This document shows, piece after piece, positions 48,043 to 56,518 of a DNA stretch of 64,000 nt (positions within the stretch are counted from its first letter, which is position 1; each line of letters opens with the position of its first letter). The DNA is from Gemmatimonadota bacterium (GTDB lineage Bacteria > Gemmatimonadota > Gemmatimonadetes > Gemmatimonadales > GWC2-71-9), in NCBI GenBank assembly GCA_041500125.1, contig JBGQLP010000009.1, positions 2,767-66,766 on the forward strand. The letters run 5' to 3'. The notes beneath the pieces were generated by a model that made no database searches, was not told the origin of the DNA, and was given only the letters and a program-made list of their open reading frames with translations. A program made the position numbers and the translations under genes.

Positions 48043-48087
48043 TCTCACGTGGGCTTCACCGTCACCTCAAGCCGGTGCAGCAACATT
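48043..48087 (+). promoter_or_regulatory. CTTCA-box array for hsp20
   Basis: TCTCA/CTTCA/CCTCA at 48043/48054/48065; CAACAT/AACATT at 48081-48087. Confidence 0.65.
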
Positions 48088-48141
48088 AGGGACCATGTCG
48101 CGGTTCTCTGATCGTCACCCCAACGTTTCCAGGAGGTAGAT

Positions 48142-48585
48142 ATGAAACTCACGAAGGCGCTGCCCACCTCGGTCGCCACGGTGCGCGACGAGTTCGATCG
48201 GCTGTTTGACCGATTCTGGAACACCGGCCTGTTCGGACCTACGCCCCGTGTCTTCGAGACGATGTGGCAGCCGAGCCTCGATTTCTCGGAGAATGACAAG
48301 GAGTACATCGTGCGGCTCGAGGTGCCGGGCATTCCCAAAGAGGACCTCGAGGTCAACGTGGATGGCCGGACTCTGACCGTCTCGGGACGGCGGGATTTCG
48401 AACGGGAAGAAAAGACGGAGGAGTACTTCTATCGCGAGCGGGAGGGGGGCAAGTTCGTCCGCACGGTCCAGCTCCCAGGATCGGTCGACCAGTCGAAGGT
48501 GGCAGCCACCTATCAGGATGGAATCATGACGATCCGGCTGCCGAAGACCGAGCCGAGCGCCAAGACGCGGATCCAGATCAAGTAA
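48142..48585 (+). CDS. Hsp20 / alpha-crystallin small heat-shock protein
   Basis: EVPGIPKEDLEV, RER.GGKFVRTVQLP, ATYQDGIMTIRLPK, terminal IQI. Confidence 0.95.
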   Translation: MKLTKALPTSVATVRDEFDRLFDRFWNTGLFGPTPRVFETMWQPSLDFSENDKEYIVRLEVPGIPKEDLEVNVDGRTLTVSGRRDFEREEKTEEYFYREREGGKFVRTVQLPGSVDQSKVAATYQDGIMTIRLPKTEPSAKTRIQIK

Positions 48586-48594
48586 GGGTGCTCT

Positions 48595-48636
48595 GAGACG
48601 GTTCGCGCTTCAGCAACTAGGCTCGCGGACCGTCTC
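48595..48636. terminator. Hairpin after hsp20
   Basis: GAGACGGTTCGCG ... CGCGGACCGTCTC stem. Confidence 0.55.
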
Positions 48637-48747
48637 GTTCCCCAAAACACATGATGCAACTACGGAGGGCCGGATGGACAGCAAGGAACTACAGAGCGGA
48701 GAAGGTAGCCGCGGACCATGCGAGCGGGCGGTCGCTTCACCGCCCGT

Positions 48748-50766
48748 TCAGATCGATCGAGGAGGGAAGGCTGCTCGGAGCGCGTTAAGGATCACGGCGA
48801 CGTCGATCGCCTCCTGCAGCAACGCCCCGGCTACCGGCGGGATGTAGCCGAAGCTTGCGACTACCATCGCCGCTCCACTCAGCCCCAGCCCCGCCCAGAT
48901 GCTCTGCCGGGCCAGTCGCAGGGTGCGGCGGCTGATCGTGATAGCCTCGGCAACCCGACTGGGGTCGTCCGCCAGGATCACCGCGTCGGCAGCCTCGGCG
49001 CTGATGCCTCCGCCGCCGGAGGCCAGCGCGATCCCAACCGTCGCGGTGCTGAGTGCCGGCGCGTCGTTGGTCCCGTCCCCAACCATGAGGACGCGCTCCC
49101 CTTCCTTCATGAGGCGTTGGACGTAGGCGACCTTCTCTTCCGGCAACAGGTCGCCATGCGCCTCTTCGATCCCCACCGCACGTGCCACTGCCGTAGCGTT
49201 GGCCTGATCGTCACCAGAGAGGAGGACGATCTTCGAGAGACCCAGGGAGCGGAGCTCGGGGATGAAGCCGACCAGCTCCGGCCGCAGCCGATCGGCGTAC
49301 TCGATCAATCCGGCTCCCTGCCCATTGACCGTGACGTAGGCTCTAAGTCCAGCGCCCGGTATCTGGGTCAGCAGGCCCTGGAGGGGAAGTTTAGCGGCAG
49401 GATGACGGTGCACCACAAACGACCACCCACCTACCGTCACCTGCTGGCCCTCCACCTGGCCACTGACTCCCTGGCCGGGTGCCTCGATGACGTTCTCCCC
49501 CGGTGGAAGCTCGATGCCGCGTTCGAGTGTTTCCTGGACTAACGTGCGGGCGAGCAGATGCCCGGACCCGTGCTCCACGCTGCCGGCAAGCCGGAGTACC
49601 TCAGGCTCGGTGAACCCAGGTGCGGGGAGCACCCGGGCGACCCGGGGCCGTCCGATCGTCAGGGTTCCTGTCTTGTCGAAGACGGCTACGCCGACCCGGC
49701 CGAGCTGCTCCAGCGCGCTGCCGTGGCGGAAGATGATGCCCCGGCGGGCGGCGCGGTTGATGCCACCGACCACCGCCACCGGCGTGGCGAGAATGAGCGG
49801 GCATGGGGTTGCGACGACCAGCACGGCGAGCACCCGAGTGGGATCGCCGGATAAGAGGTAGGCTCCGACACAAACGGCAAGGGTAATGGGGGTGAACCAG
49901 GCGGCGTATCGGTCGGCCAGCCGCTGGAGCGGCGACTTGCTCCCCTGAGCGGTGCGGACCAGGTCCACAATCCTGGCATATTGGCTTTCACTCGCGGGAG
50001 CCGTCGCGCGAACGGTGAGGGGACTCTCGAGGTTGAGGCTGCCACTGAGCAGCTTGATGCCGGCGTCAGCGCTCACCGGAACCGGCTCTCCCGTGAGCCG
50101 GGATGCGTCCACGTGGGAGCGGCCTTCGAGCACCACGGCATCGCAGGCCAGCAGCTCCCCAGGCCTGAGCAGGAGCTCGTCGCCCACCCTGACCATCTCC
50201 GCCGCCACGTCGGTCACCTCGCCACCCAGCATCCGATGGGCCAGGCGGGGAGCGGCTGCTTCGAGCTCTCGAACCGCCTCCGACGCCCGGCCTTGCGCGT
50301 ATCGCTCGAGCGCCTCGCCGCCGGTCTGCATGAGGACCACGATGAGACCGGCGAGCGGCTCCCGCAGGATCAGCGCGGTGATGATGGCCAGCATCGCCAC
50401 GAGATCCGCGGCGAAACGGCCCCCGGCAATGCCCCGCAGGGTCCGCCAGACGACTGGCGCGCCGGTGAGTGCCAGCCCCGCGCTCCACAGCAGGGACGCC
50501 ATGCCGGGGCGCCCCGCTATATGGAGGAGCAGCCCGGTCAGAATGAAAAGAAGAGCGCCGGCCGGAAGAAGGTAGAAACGGCCCGGCAGGTGGTGGGCTA
50601 GAGCGCGGGCGAGATCTCGGCCCCGTCCCCGCCGCGGCGGAGGCTGAACCCCACGCCCCGGACCGTGGCCAACAGCTGCTCCTTGGCGGCCTCGCTGAGC
50701 TTCCGGCGCAGATTGCCCACGTGGACGTCCACCACGTTGCTCTCCGGATCGAAGTGCATGTCCCAT
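48748..50766 (-). CDS. Heavy-metal P1B-5-type ATPase (start uncertain)
   Basis: ATPCP, DKTGT, QSIWAGLGLSGAAM (QX4GX3SX3M), PVAGALLQEAIDVAVILN. Confidence 0.88.
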   Translation of the reverse strand: MGHALRSGEQRGGRPRGQSAPEAQRGRQGAAVGHGPGRGVQPPPRRGRGRDLARALAHHLPGRFYLLPAGALLFILTGLLLHIAGRPGMASLLWSAGLALTGAPVVWRTLRGIAGGRFAADLVAMLAIITALILREPLAGLIVVLMQTGGEALERYAQGRASEAVRELEAAAPRLAHRMLGGEVTDVAAEMVRVGDELLLRPGELLACDAVVLEGRSHVDASRLTGEPVPVSADAGIKLLSGSLNLESPLTVRATAPASESQYARIVDLVRTAQGSKSPLQRLADRYAAWFTPITLAVCVGAYLLSGDPTRVLAVLVVATPCPLILATPVAVVGGINRAARRGIIFRHGSALEQLGRVGVAVFDKTGTLTIGRPRVARVLPAPGFTEPEVLRLAGSVEHGSGHLLARTLVQETLERGIELPPGENVIEAPGQGVSGQVEGQQVTVGGWSFVVHRHPAAKLPLQGLLTQIPGAGLRAYVTVNGQGAGLIEYADRLRPELVGFIPELRSLGLSKIVLLSGDDQANATAVARAVGIEEAHGDLLPEEKVAYVQRLMKEGERVLMVGDGTNDAPALSTATVGIALASGGGGISAEAADAVILADDPSRVAEAITISRRTLRLARQSIWAGLGLSGAAMVVASFGYIPPVAGALLQEAIDVAVILNALRAAFPPRSI

Positions 50767-51299
50767 ACTTTCTCCAGGAGCGTAGTGCGCCGGACGACTT
50801 CTTCGGGGTGAAGCAGGAAATACTCGAGCAGTTGAAACTCCTTGGGGGTGAGATCCAGCCGCTTTCCATCTATGGTCGCGACATGCCGGAGCCGGTCAAG
50901 CGCAATCGGAGGATAGCGCAGGACTTCCAGCCGCTCGGCACCCCCACGGCGGTGGAGGGCCCGGATGCGGGCCAGGAGCTCGTCAAACTCGAACGGCTTC
51001 GCGAGATAATCGTCGGCCCCGGCATCCAGCCCGCGCACGACGTCCTCCACCGCGTCGCGTGAGGTCAGCATCAGGATGGGCGTAGCCCGTCCCTCCCGCC
51101 TCAGCTCGGTCGCGACCTGGAAGCCGCTCTTCTTGGGGAGCACAATATCGAGCAGGATGACATCGTAATCGTACACGTGAGCCAGCAGGGTGGCCTCGTC
51201 GCCATCCGGCGCCACGTCCACGATATACCCTTCTTCCTTCAGCCCCTGTTCGATGAACCCGGCGACCTTCCGGTCGTCTTCCACCACGAGGATCTTCAT
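50598..51299 (-). CDS. OmpR/PhoB-family response regulator
   Basis: REC (VVEDD, LLD, GADDYLAKPF) plus winged helix (LTPKEFQLLEY, VW, SNVVDVHVGNLRRKL, TVRGVGF). Confidence 0.96.
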   Translation of the reverse strand: MKILVVEDDRKVAGFIEQGLKEEGYIVDVAPDGDEATLLAHVYDYDVILLDIVLPKKSGFQVATELRREGRATPILMLTSRDAVEDVVRGLDAGADDYLAKPFEFDELLARIRALHRRGGAERLEVLRYPPIALDRLRHVATIDGKRLDLTPKEFQLLEYFLLHPEEVVRRTTLLEKVWDMHFDPESNVVDVHVGNLRRKLSEAAKEQLLATVRGVGFSLRRGGDGAEISPAL

Positions 51300-51306
51300 G
51301 CGCGGT

Positions 51307-51361
51307 AATCTGGGGAGTAGTGGTTAAGGTCCTCCGGAAGCCTTCATGAAGCTTTCTTCAC
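51307..51361 (-). promoter_or_regulatory. Autoregulatory box array for the response regulator
   Basis: GGAAG/TGAAG at 51336/51347; palindrome ATGAAGCTTTCTTCAC at 51346-51361; CAGATT (minus) at 51312-51307. Confidence 0.6.
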
Positions 51362-52602
51362 GTTCGTGGGCTAGCGGGAAGCTCGAGCACAAAGCAGCCG
51401 CCGCCGCCGGCGGGCCGGGCCAGCGCCCGTAGCTCCCCGCCGAGCAGTCGGGCCAGCCGCCGGGAGAGAGGTAGCCCCAGCCCCATGCCGCGGGTGTCAC
51501 CCACGTCCTTGCTGATGTAGATGTCGAAAATTCGCTCGATCTCGCTCTCCTCGATCCCGGATCCCTGGTCCAGCAGGGTGTAGATCACGATGGATTCCCG
51601 GCCGGTGACCTCGAGGCGGACTGTGCTCCCCTCCGGCGTATGCTTGATGGCATTGCCCAGCAAGTTGATCAGGATCTGCTCCACCCTGCTGGCGTCGGTC
51701 TCGCAGCTGGGAAGATCCGGGGCGACGTCTACCTGGAGCAGGATCCGTTTGGCCTCTGCTGCTGGTGTGACCCGAGCGACCGCCCGCCCCGCCATGGAGC
51801 CTGGGTCGGTGGCCCGGATCACCGGTCGCAACCGGTCTTCGTCGAGTCGGCTCAGATCGAGCAGGTCGTTGATGAGTCCGACAGCCTGCTTGGCCGAGTC
51901 GAGCACCTCGAATGCGGCTTTGGGGACGGTGGCCGGGTCTTTCTTGCGCACCATCATCTCTGCCCAGCCGTGCACCGCGGCCAGAGAGTTCCTCAGTTCG
52001 TGGTTCACCATGGCGAAGAAGCGCTCCCGGGTTCGATGGAGCTGCTGCACTTCCTCCAGCAGCCGGGCGCTCTCTTCATGCAGCCTCGCGTTCTCGACCG
52101 CCGCAGCAGTGTTGGCCGCAAGGAGCACGGCGATGTGCTCATCCTCGTCGGTGAACCGCTCGCCCCCCAGCTTCTCCGTGAGATACAGATTACCGAAAAT
52201 GCCCCGTTTCCCCACGATCGGGACCCCAAGGAACGATTGCATTGGAGGATGGTGGGGCGGGAAACCGTAGGACTCGGGGTGTTTGGTGAGGTCGGGGAGG
52301 CGAATCGGTCTCGCCGCGCGGATTACCAACCCCAGAATGCCATGGCCCCGCGGCACGTCTCCGATAAGCGCACGTTGCTGGGCATCGATGCCGTGGGTGA
52401 CAAAGCTCTCCAAGAGCCGGCCATCCGGTGCCAGCACCCCAACGGCGGCGAATCGGGCTCCGATGACCTCGGCCGCCACCTCTACTACGCGCTCGAGCAC
52501 CCCTTCCAGGGAGACTTCGGTGATCAAGGAGGAGGCGGCTAAGACCAGCCGCTCCAGCCGTGGGCTGCCCGGAGCCGGACGGGCGATTGATGTCTGAGTC
52601 AC
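51358..52602 (-). CDS. Sensor histidine kinase: DosS-type heme-GAF + HisKA + HATPase
   Basis: GAF with HPESYGFPPHHPPMQSFLGVP..GNLYLTEK; H-box NHELRNSL; NLLGNAIKHT, DQGSGI, GMGLGL; GTG 52602 likely start. Confidence 0.92.
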   Translation of the reverse strand: MTQTSIARPAPGSPRLERLVLAASSLITEVSLEGVLERVVEVAAEVIGARFAAVGVLAPDGRLLESFVTHGIDAQQRALIGDVPRGHGILGLVIRAARPIRLPDLTKHPESYGFPPHHPPMQSFLGVPIVGKRGIFGNLYLTEKLGGERFTDEDEHIAVLLAANTAAAVENARLHEESARLLEEVQQLHRTRERFFAMVNHELRNSLAAVHGWAEMMVRKKDPATVPKAAFEVLDSAKQAVGLINDLLDLSRLDEDRLRPVIRATDPGSMAGRAVARVTPAAEAKRILLQVDVAPDLPSCETDASRVEQILINLLGNAIKHTPEGSTVRLEVTGRESIVIYTLLDQGSGIEESEIERIFDIYISKDVGDTRGMGLGLPLSRRLARLLGGELRALARPAGGGGCFVLELPASPRT

Positions 52603-52648
52603 TCCCAAAGCTATAGCGAAAGCTCGCCCGTCCGAAACCCCGAAAAAC

Positions 52649-52693
52649 ATTCGTACTGCCTTAATGCTTTCTTCACGGCCCCGCCGGTAGGCT
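52649..52693 (+). promoter_or_regulatory. CTTCA-box array plus -10 for the USP operon
   Basis: ATTCG/CTTAA/CTTCA at 52649/52660/52671; TAGGCT at 52688. Confidence 0.7.
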
Positions 52694-52713
52694 GCAAGCA
52701 AAGGAGGAGGCAG

Positions 52714-53574
52714 ATGAGACTACGGCACATTCTGGCAGCGACCGACGAGTCGGACGCGGGGCGGCAGGCGGTCAGGACCGCGACAGCTCTGGCGTCCCGC
52801 GCTTCTGCCCGGGTCACGATCCTGCGGGTGATTGCGGTCGAGGCTACGCGGCGTCTGGTGAGCGTCGGCCACGGCACGGCTCCCACGAATGGGGAGGACG
52901 AGGCTGCGCTGATGTATCTGCGCCGGTGGCTCGAAGCCGATGTCCTCTCGCCGGATGCGACCGAGGCGACCGAGCTTGCCATCGCCTGCGGGATCCCCGG
53001 TATCGAGATCTGCCGCTTTGCCGAGCAGGCCGAGGCCGATCTCCTGGTGCTCGGCCGCAAGCGCCATTCCCCAATGATGCGCCTCCTGTTGGGCGATACC
53101 GCCGACGCGGTGGCCCGGAGGAGCCGATTCCCCTGCCTGTTCGTACCTCCCGCAGCAGCTGAGATCAGGAAGGTGCTGGTGGCGCTGGACGGCTCGGACC
53201 GGGGCCTCAACGTACTGAACCAGGCCTGCGACTTCGCCCGGTACGCGGGCGCTGTGGTGGAAGCAGTCACGGTAGAACGGAGACCGGGGGACGAGCCCTT
53301 ACAGCTTGTTCCCATGCTGCCGGTGGCTCGGAGCTCCTCGCTGGAGATCCGGGTGCGCGAGGTGTTGGCCCGGGACGGGTTCCCCGACGCTGCCCTGGCC
53401 ATCCGGCGAGGGGAAATCCTCGAGCAAGTTGTGACTCAGGCGCAGGAGACTGGAGCCGACGTGCTGGCGATTGGCTATCACCGAGGTGGCCCGCCGGGCG
53501 TGCTCGAGGCCGGCAGCACCGCGCGGCGGCTGGCTCATGCGGCGCCGTGTGCCGTTCTAACCATCCCGCTCTAG
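52714..53574 (+). CDS. Tandem universal stress protein
   Basis: ILAATDES, LLGDTADAV, GSTARRLAHAAPCAVL. Confidence 0.9.
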   Translation: MRLRHILAATDESDAGRQAVRTATALASRASARVTILRVIAVEATRRLVSVGHGTAPTNGEDEAALMYLRRWLEADVLSPDATEATELAIACGIPGIEICRFAEQAEADLLVLGRKRHSPMMRLLLGDTADAVARRSRFPCLFVPPAAAEIRKVLVALDGSDRGLNVLNQACDFARYAGAVVEAVTVERRPGDEPLQLVPMLPVARSSSLEIRVREVLARDGFPDAALAIRRGEILEQVVTQAQETGADVLAIGYHRGGPPGVLEAGSTARRLAHAAPCAVLTIPL

Positions 53575-53582
53575 GAGAGTCC

Positions 53583-53795
53583 ATGACATGCAACGTGGGC
53601 AGGATCGAGCGGATCGCGCGATTGATCGTCGGCGTGATGATCCTCGGCCTCTATGGCGCCCTGACACCCCCGTGGCGTTACCTCACCCTCATCGGCCTTC
53701 TGCCCTTGGGAAGCGCCCTGACTGGCTTTTGCCCCATCTACGCGCGCCTCGGCTGGAACCGTTGCCAGCCACCTGCTGAGAGGAGGACCTCATGA
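53583..53795 (+). CDS. DUF2892 (YgaP-like) small membrane protein
   Basis: CNVGRIERIAR, TGFCPIY. Confidence 0.85.
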   Translation: MTCNVGRIERIARLIVGVMILGLYGALTPPWRYLTLIGLLPLGSALTGFCPIYARLGWNRCQPPAERRTS

Positions 53796-54775
53796 CCGCC
53801 ACCACCCCTGGACGGGTACAGTCCATCCTGGTGCCCCTCGACGGGTCCTCGCTTGCCGAGCAGGCTATACCGATAGCCGTCGCAATTGCCGAGCGTGCTC
53901 GGTGCAAGCTCAAGCTCGTGCTCATCCATGAGCCACTACTGCTGATGGAGCCGGGGCCGGCTTACACCAAGATTGAGCTTGCCATGCAAAAGGCTGATCG
54001 GGAATACCTGAAGTCGGTCACCGCTCGTCTCCGCGAGCGACTCGGGCGGTCCGTTTCGTCGGCGGTGCTTCGGGGGATGCCGCTTGCTCAAACCCTCACC
54101 ACCTACATCCGCGAGCTCGGGGCCGATCTCATAGTCATGACCACCCACGGGCGTGGCGGAATCCGCCGCGCATGGCTCGGCAGTATTACCGACCAACTGA
54201 TTCGCATGTCCGAGGTTCCCATCCTGGTGGTCCGACCTAGCGACGCCAAACCAGCCGAATCTTCTGTCCGTCTGACCGAAATACTGGTACCGCTGGACGG
54301 CTCGCCGCTGGCCGAAGCAGTCCTCGAGCCCGCGGCTGCACTCGCCCGCCTGTGGGATGCCGAAATGTCGCTGGTGCAGGTCGTCCATCCTGTCGTTTTG
54401 ACGAGCGACCCGCCGCTTCCTTTCCCCACCGGCTACGCTGACCAGATAACCAAGATCCGGCGCGAATCGGCTCAGGATTACATCCGGGACGTCGCGGAGC
54501 GCCTGCGGGAGTCAGGGGTAAAGGCTTCCGGGGTGGCGGTGATTGGTGGCGAGGTCGCCGAGACACTGCTCGACCTTGCGCGCCCCGAGCGCACCAGCCT
54601 GGTGGCTGTGGCGACTCACGGTCGGGGAGGTGTCCGCCGCCTGGTGGTCGGTAGCGTTGCCGACAAGCTGGTGCGTGGGGCGGAGGTGCCGGTGCTGGTG
54701 GTGAGGCCCGTTGGCCGGCGTTCACGCCGGACCTCGGAGGAGACCAACGTAACGGTCGGTGCACGTTCGTCCTGA
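53792..54775 (+). CDS. Tandem universal stress protein
   Basis: ILVPLDGS twice; THGRGG..GSVADKL. Confidence 0.93.
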   Translation: MTATTPGRVQSILVPLDGSSLAEQAIPIAVAIAERARCKLKLVLIHEPLLLMEPGPAYTKIELAMQKADREYLKSVTARLRERLGRSVSSAVLRGMPLAQTLTTYIRELGADLIVMTTHGRGGIRRAWLGSITDQLIRMSEVPILVVRPSDAKPAESSVRLTEILVPLDGSPLAEAVLEPAAALARLWDAEMSLVQVVHPVVLTSDPPLPFPTGYADQITKIRRESAQDYIRDVAERLRESGVKASGVAVIGGEVAETLLDLARPERTSLVAVATHGRGGVRRLVVGSVADKLVRGAEVPVLVVRPVGRRSRRTSEETNVTVGARSS

Positions 54776-54834
54776 ACCTCTCGCCCGGTCAGAGCGAACC
54801 ACTCGCTGGAGGCGCTAGGCCAAAGGAGTAGGTC

Positions 54835-55821
54835 ATGTCGCGGAGTACTTCATTCCGCTCTATTCTCGTGCCGGTTGACGGATCTCGGCTGGCCGAGCAG
54901 GCAGTGCCCATCGCGCTCGCGATTGCGGAACGGGCTCACAGCAAGGTGAGCCTGGTGCTGGTCCATCAGATCCACCAGCCGCACGTGTTGATGGAGCCCG
55001 CCCACGTATATACCCGGACTGAAGCGGCGCTTCAGAAGACCGAGCGCGACTACCTCAGGGCCCTGGTTAGTCGGGTGCGGCAGAGCATGGGACGGGCGGT
55101 CTCGTCCGCCATGCTCAAAGGTCGGGTGGCAGTGACCTTGGCGGAGTACGTTAAGGACCTCAGCCCGGATCTCGTCGTCATGACCACCCACGGCCGTGGC
55201 GGAGTAAGACGGGCATGGCTCGGCAGCGTTGCCGACCAGCTGATCCGCTCGTTGGACGTCCCCATTCTCCTGGTGCGCGCTGGCCCACCTGAGTCCACAG
55301 GTAGTCCGGCCAATTTCGGCGAGATTCTGGTACCGCTCGACGGGTCTCCCTTGGCCGAGGCAGCCCTGGAGCCGGCTATGGTCATAGCGCGGCTCTGGGA
55401 TGCTGAAATCTCACTGGTGCAGATTGTACAGCCGGTCCTCCTGGCTACCGATCCCCTGCTGCCGCTTCCCTCATGGTACGATGACCAACTCACGACCGTG
55501 GAGCGTGACGCCGCTCAGGATTATCTCCGGGACGTCGCCGAGCGCCTCCGCGAGCAAGGCGTAAAGGCCTCCGGAGTTGCGGTGATCGGCGGCGGAGTGG
55601 CTGAGGAGCTCCTCAGTCTTGCGCGTCCCGGGCGAGTTGGGCTCCTGGCCATGGCTACTCATGGGCGTGGCGGCGTACGGCGTCTCATGCTCGGCAGCGT
55701 GGCCGACAAGCTGGTGCGCGGGGCGGAAGTGCCGCTGCTGGTCTGCCGGGTTACCGGAAAGCGGGCGAAGCGGGCCCCAGGAAAAGCCAGTGCACCGGCC
55801 CATGCGCGCGCGGGAGTTTGA
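54835..55821 (+). CDS. Tandem universal stress protein (close paralogue of the preceding gene)
   Basis: Shares SAQDY/AAQDY-RDVAERLRE-GVKASGVAVIGG and GSVADKLVRGAEVP with 53792-54775. Confidence 0.93.
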   Translation: MSRSTSFRSILVPVDGSRLAEQAVPIALAIAERAHSKVSLVLVHQIHQPHVLMEPAHVYTRTEAALQKTERDYLRALVSRVRQSMGRAVSSAMLKGRVAVTLAEYVKDLSPDLVVMTTHGRGGVRRAWLGSVADQLIRSLDVPILLVRAGPPESTGSPANFGEILVPLDGSPLAEAALEPAMVIARLWDAEISLVQIVQPVLLATDPLLPLPSWYDDQLTTVERDAAQDYLRDVAERLREQGVKASGVAVIGGGVAEELLSLARPGRVGLLAMATHGRGGVRRLMLGSVADKLVRGAEVPLLVCRVTGKRAKRAPGKASAPAHARAGV

Positions 55822-55857
55822 GCGCTGCCGTGATCTCCGTGTGGATTGGAGGGTAAG

Positions 55858-56518
55858 ATGACCAACTCAAGACGAATCGCAGGACTGCCCGGTCAACGGC
55901 ACCTTGCTCTTTGTTGCCGGCCTCTCGATCGTCCGGGCTCACAATCGGTGGAAGGACGGCTGGCCCGTACTGGTAACCCTGATGGGGTGGTTTGCCATCC
56001 TGGGTGGTCTGGCCCGGATGTTTGCACCGGCGGGAGCATTCGTAGTCGGGGTCGGCCTCCCCTTTGTGTGGGGAGGCGGTGGGGAACGGTCGCTCGCCGG
56101 CCCCTTGGCGATGACCCTGGCGGTTGGCGTGCTACTCACCTTGGCCTTCACCGCGGTGGCGTTTCTGGTCTCTCTCCTGTTCGAGGACCGAGCCACGGGG
56201 CTGGGCGTTGCGATACTGCTCTGGCTTGCCGCAACCGCGCTCTATGACGCGTTCCTCGTGTTCGTGGTGACCGCATTCGCTGACTATCCGCTGGAAACGC
56301 CGCTCATCGGGCTGACCCTGCTCAACCCGGTAGATCTGGGACGGGTGCTTCTCATACTCCAGCTCGACACCGCCGCATTGATGGGATACACCGGCGCCGT
56401 GTTCGAGCGCTTCTTCGGGAGCATGCTCGGAGTTGCCATCGCAGCCTCCGCCCTGACGGCCTGGACGGTGTTGCCCTTTGGTCTGGGATTCACCCGGTTC
56501 CGGGCGAAAGACTTCTAG
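55858..56518 (+). pseudogene. Chimeric remnant: broken small membrane-protein gene fused to the C-terminal half of a NosY-type ABC permease
   Basis: SD+ATG 55858 is out of frame with 55904; from ~56030 YD..FADYPLE..LLNPVDLGRVLLILQLDTAALMGYTGA is NosY-like; N-half missing. Confidence 0.65.
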
